The notes beneath the pieces were generated by a model, which ran no database searches, was not told where the DNA came from, and saw nothing but the letters and a program-made list of their open reading frames with translations. Positions 63,001-64,000 of a DNA stretch of 64,000 nucleotides are shown here, piece by piece. The stretch spans positions 62,001-126,000 of the forward strand of contig CATNEN010000001.1 of NCBI GenBank assembly GCA_950097015.1. Direction: 5' to 3'. The position numbers and the translations under genes are program-made. How positions within the stretch are numbered: the stretch's first letter is position 1; the number at the start of each line of letters is the position of its first letter. The DNA comes from Macrostomum hystrix. Taxonomy: Eukaryota; Animalia; Platyhelminthes.

Positions 63001-64000
63001 GGAACAGAGAGGGATGAGAGTGAGGAACTGAGAGGGATAAGATTGAGGAACTGAGAGGGATGAGAGTGAGGAACTGAGAGGGATGAGAGTGAGGTACACA
63101 GAGGGGATGAGAGTGAGGAACTGAGAGGGATGAGAGTGAGGAACTGAGAGGGATTAGAGTGAGGAACAGAGAGGGATTAGAGTGAGGAACAGAGAGGGAT
63201 GAGAGTGAGGAACAGAGAGGGATGAGATTGAGGAACAGAGAGGGATTAGAGTGAGGTACACAGAGGGGATGAGAGTGAGGTACACAGAGGGGATAAGAGT
63301 GAGGTACACAGAGGGGATGAGAGTGAGGTACACAGAGGAGATGAGAGTGAGGTACACAGAGGGGATGAGAGTGAGGTACACAGAGGGGATGAGAGTGAGG
63401 TACACAGAGGGGATGAGAGTGAGGTACACAGAGGGGATGAGAGTGAGGTACACAGAGGGAATGAGAGTGAGGTACACAGAGGGGATGAGAGTGAGGTACA
63501 CAGAGGGGATGAGAGTGAGGAACTGAGAGGGATTAGAGTGAGGAACTGAGAGGGATTAGAGTGAGGAACTGAGAGGGATGAGAGTGAGGAACTGAGAGGG
63601 ATGAGAGTGAGGAACTGAGAGGGATGAGATTGAGGAACTGAGAGGGATGAGAGTGAGGAACAGAGAGGGATGAGAGTGAGGAACTGAGAGGGATTAGAGT
63701 GAGGAACAGAGAGGGATGAGAGTGAGGAACTGAGAGGGATGAGAGTGAGGAACTGAGAGGGATTAGAGTGAGGAACTGAGAGGGATGAGAGTGAGGAACT
63801 GAGAGGGATTAGAGTGAGGAACTGAGAGGGATTAGAGTGAGGAACTGAGAGGGATTAGAGTGAGGAACTGAGAGGGATTAGAGTGAGGAACTGAGAGGGA
63901 TGAGAGTGAGGAACTGAGAGGGATGAGAGTGAGGAACTGAGAGGGATGAGAGTGAGGAACTGAGAGGGATGAGAGTGAGGAACTGAGAGGGATGAGAGTG
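45025..64000. repeat. Large purine-rich 23/24-bp satellite array (>19 kb, runs off the window) with higher-order repeats
   Basis: Same monomers as 20443-23125; repeat-derived ORFs recur at fixed offsets of 1243, 1586, 3286 and 3964 bp. Confidence 0.97.

Larger units (their letters stand above)
1..64000 (+). other. Tandem segmental duplication: 1-~23.1 kb is collinear with ~24.6 kb-64 kb
   Basis: Same order of gene, intron, minisatellites and unique spacers; offset 24633 in the gene and 25320 at 10110/35430. Confidence 0.93.

Noticed and set aside
42442-64000. Numerous ORFs (SSLSVPHSHP, MRVRYTEG, IPLSFLCHSS, NPQIIPSIH repeats; also 20344-21596)
   Set aside because: Satellite-derived; unit lengths of 11, 20 and 23 bp are not multiples of 3, and there is no coding signature.

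Overview
Eukaryotic (animal) genomic DNA, with no prokaryotic features. The mix of GC-rich codons and dense minisatellites is reminiscent of a flatworm such as Macrostomum, but that is only an impression. The window holds a tandem segmental duplication with a period of about 24.6-25.3 kb. Each unit carries one + strand gene for a very large TRP-superfamily cation channel. Gene A is 5'-truncated by the window edge: join <1..5946,6352..6636. Gene B is complete: join 23839..30579,30985..31428, about 2394 aa. The channel moiety looks TRPM-like (S6 NLLIALFNRT, TRP helix plus PPP, C-x10-C pore loop, C-terminal coiled coil). The N-terminus, however, is an intron-free array of near-identical 219-bp (73-aa, double-ankyrin) repeats: at least 14 in A and 15 in B. 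Variation in these repeats is almost entirely non-synonymous and confined to the canonical ankyrin ligand-binding face, and variant motifs are shuffled within and between the paralogs. This suggests a diversifying, repeat-encoded recognition surface coupled to an ion channel. The intergenic DNA has serially duplicated RFX X-box/forkhead modules followed by splice donors (candidate alternative first exons), interleaved with about ten unrelated minisatellites whose copy numbers differ greatly between the two units. The last 19 kb is a purine-rich 23/24-bp satellite with kb-scale higher-order repeats. Synteny predicts a third channel paralog beyond the right edge.
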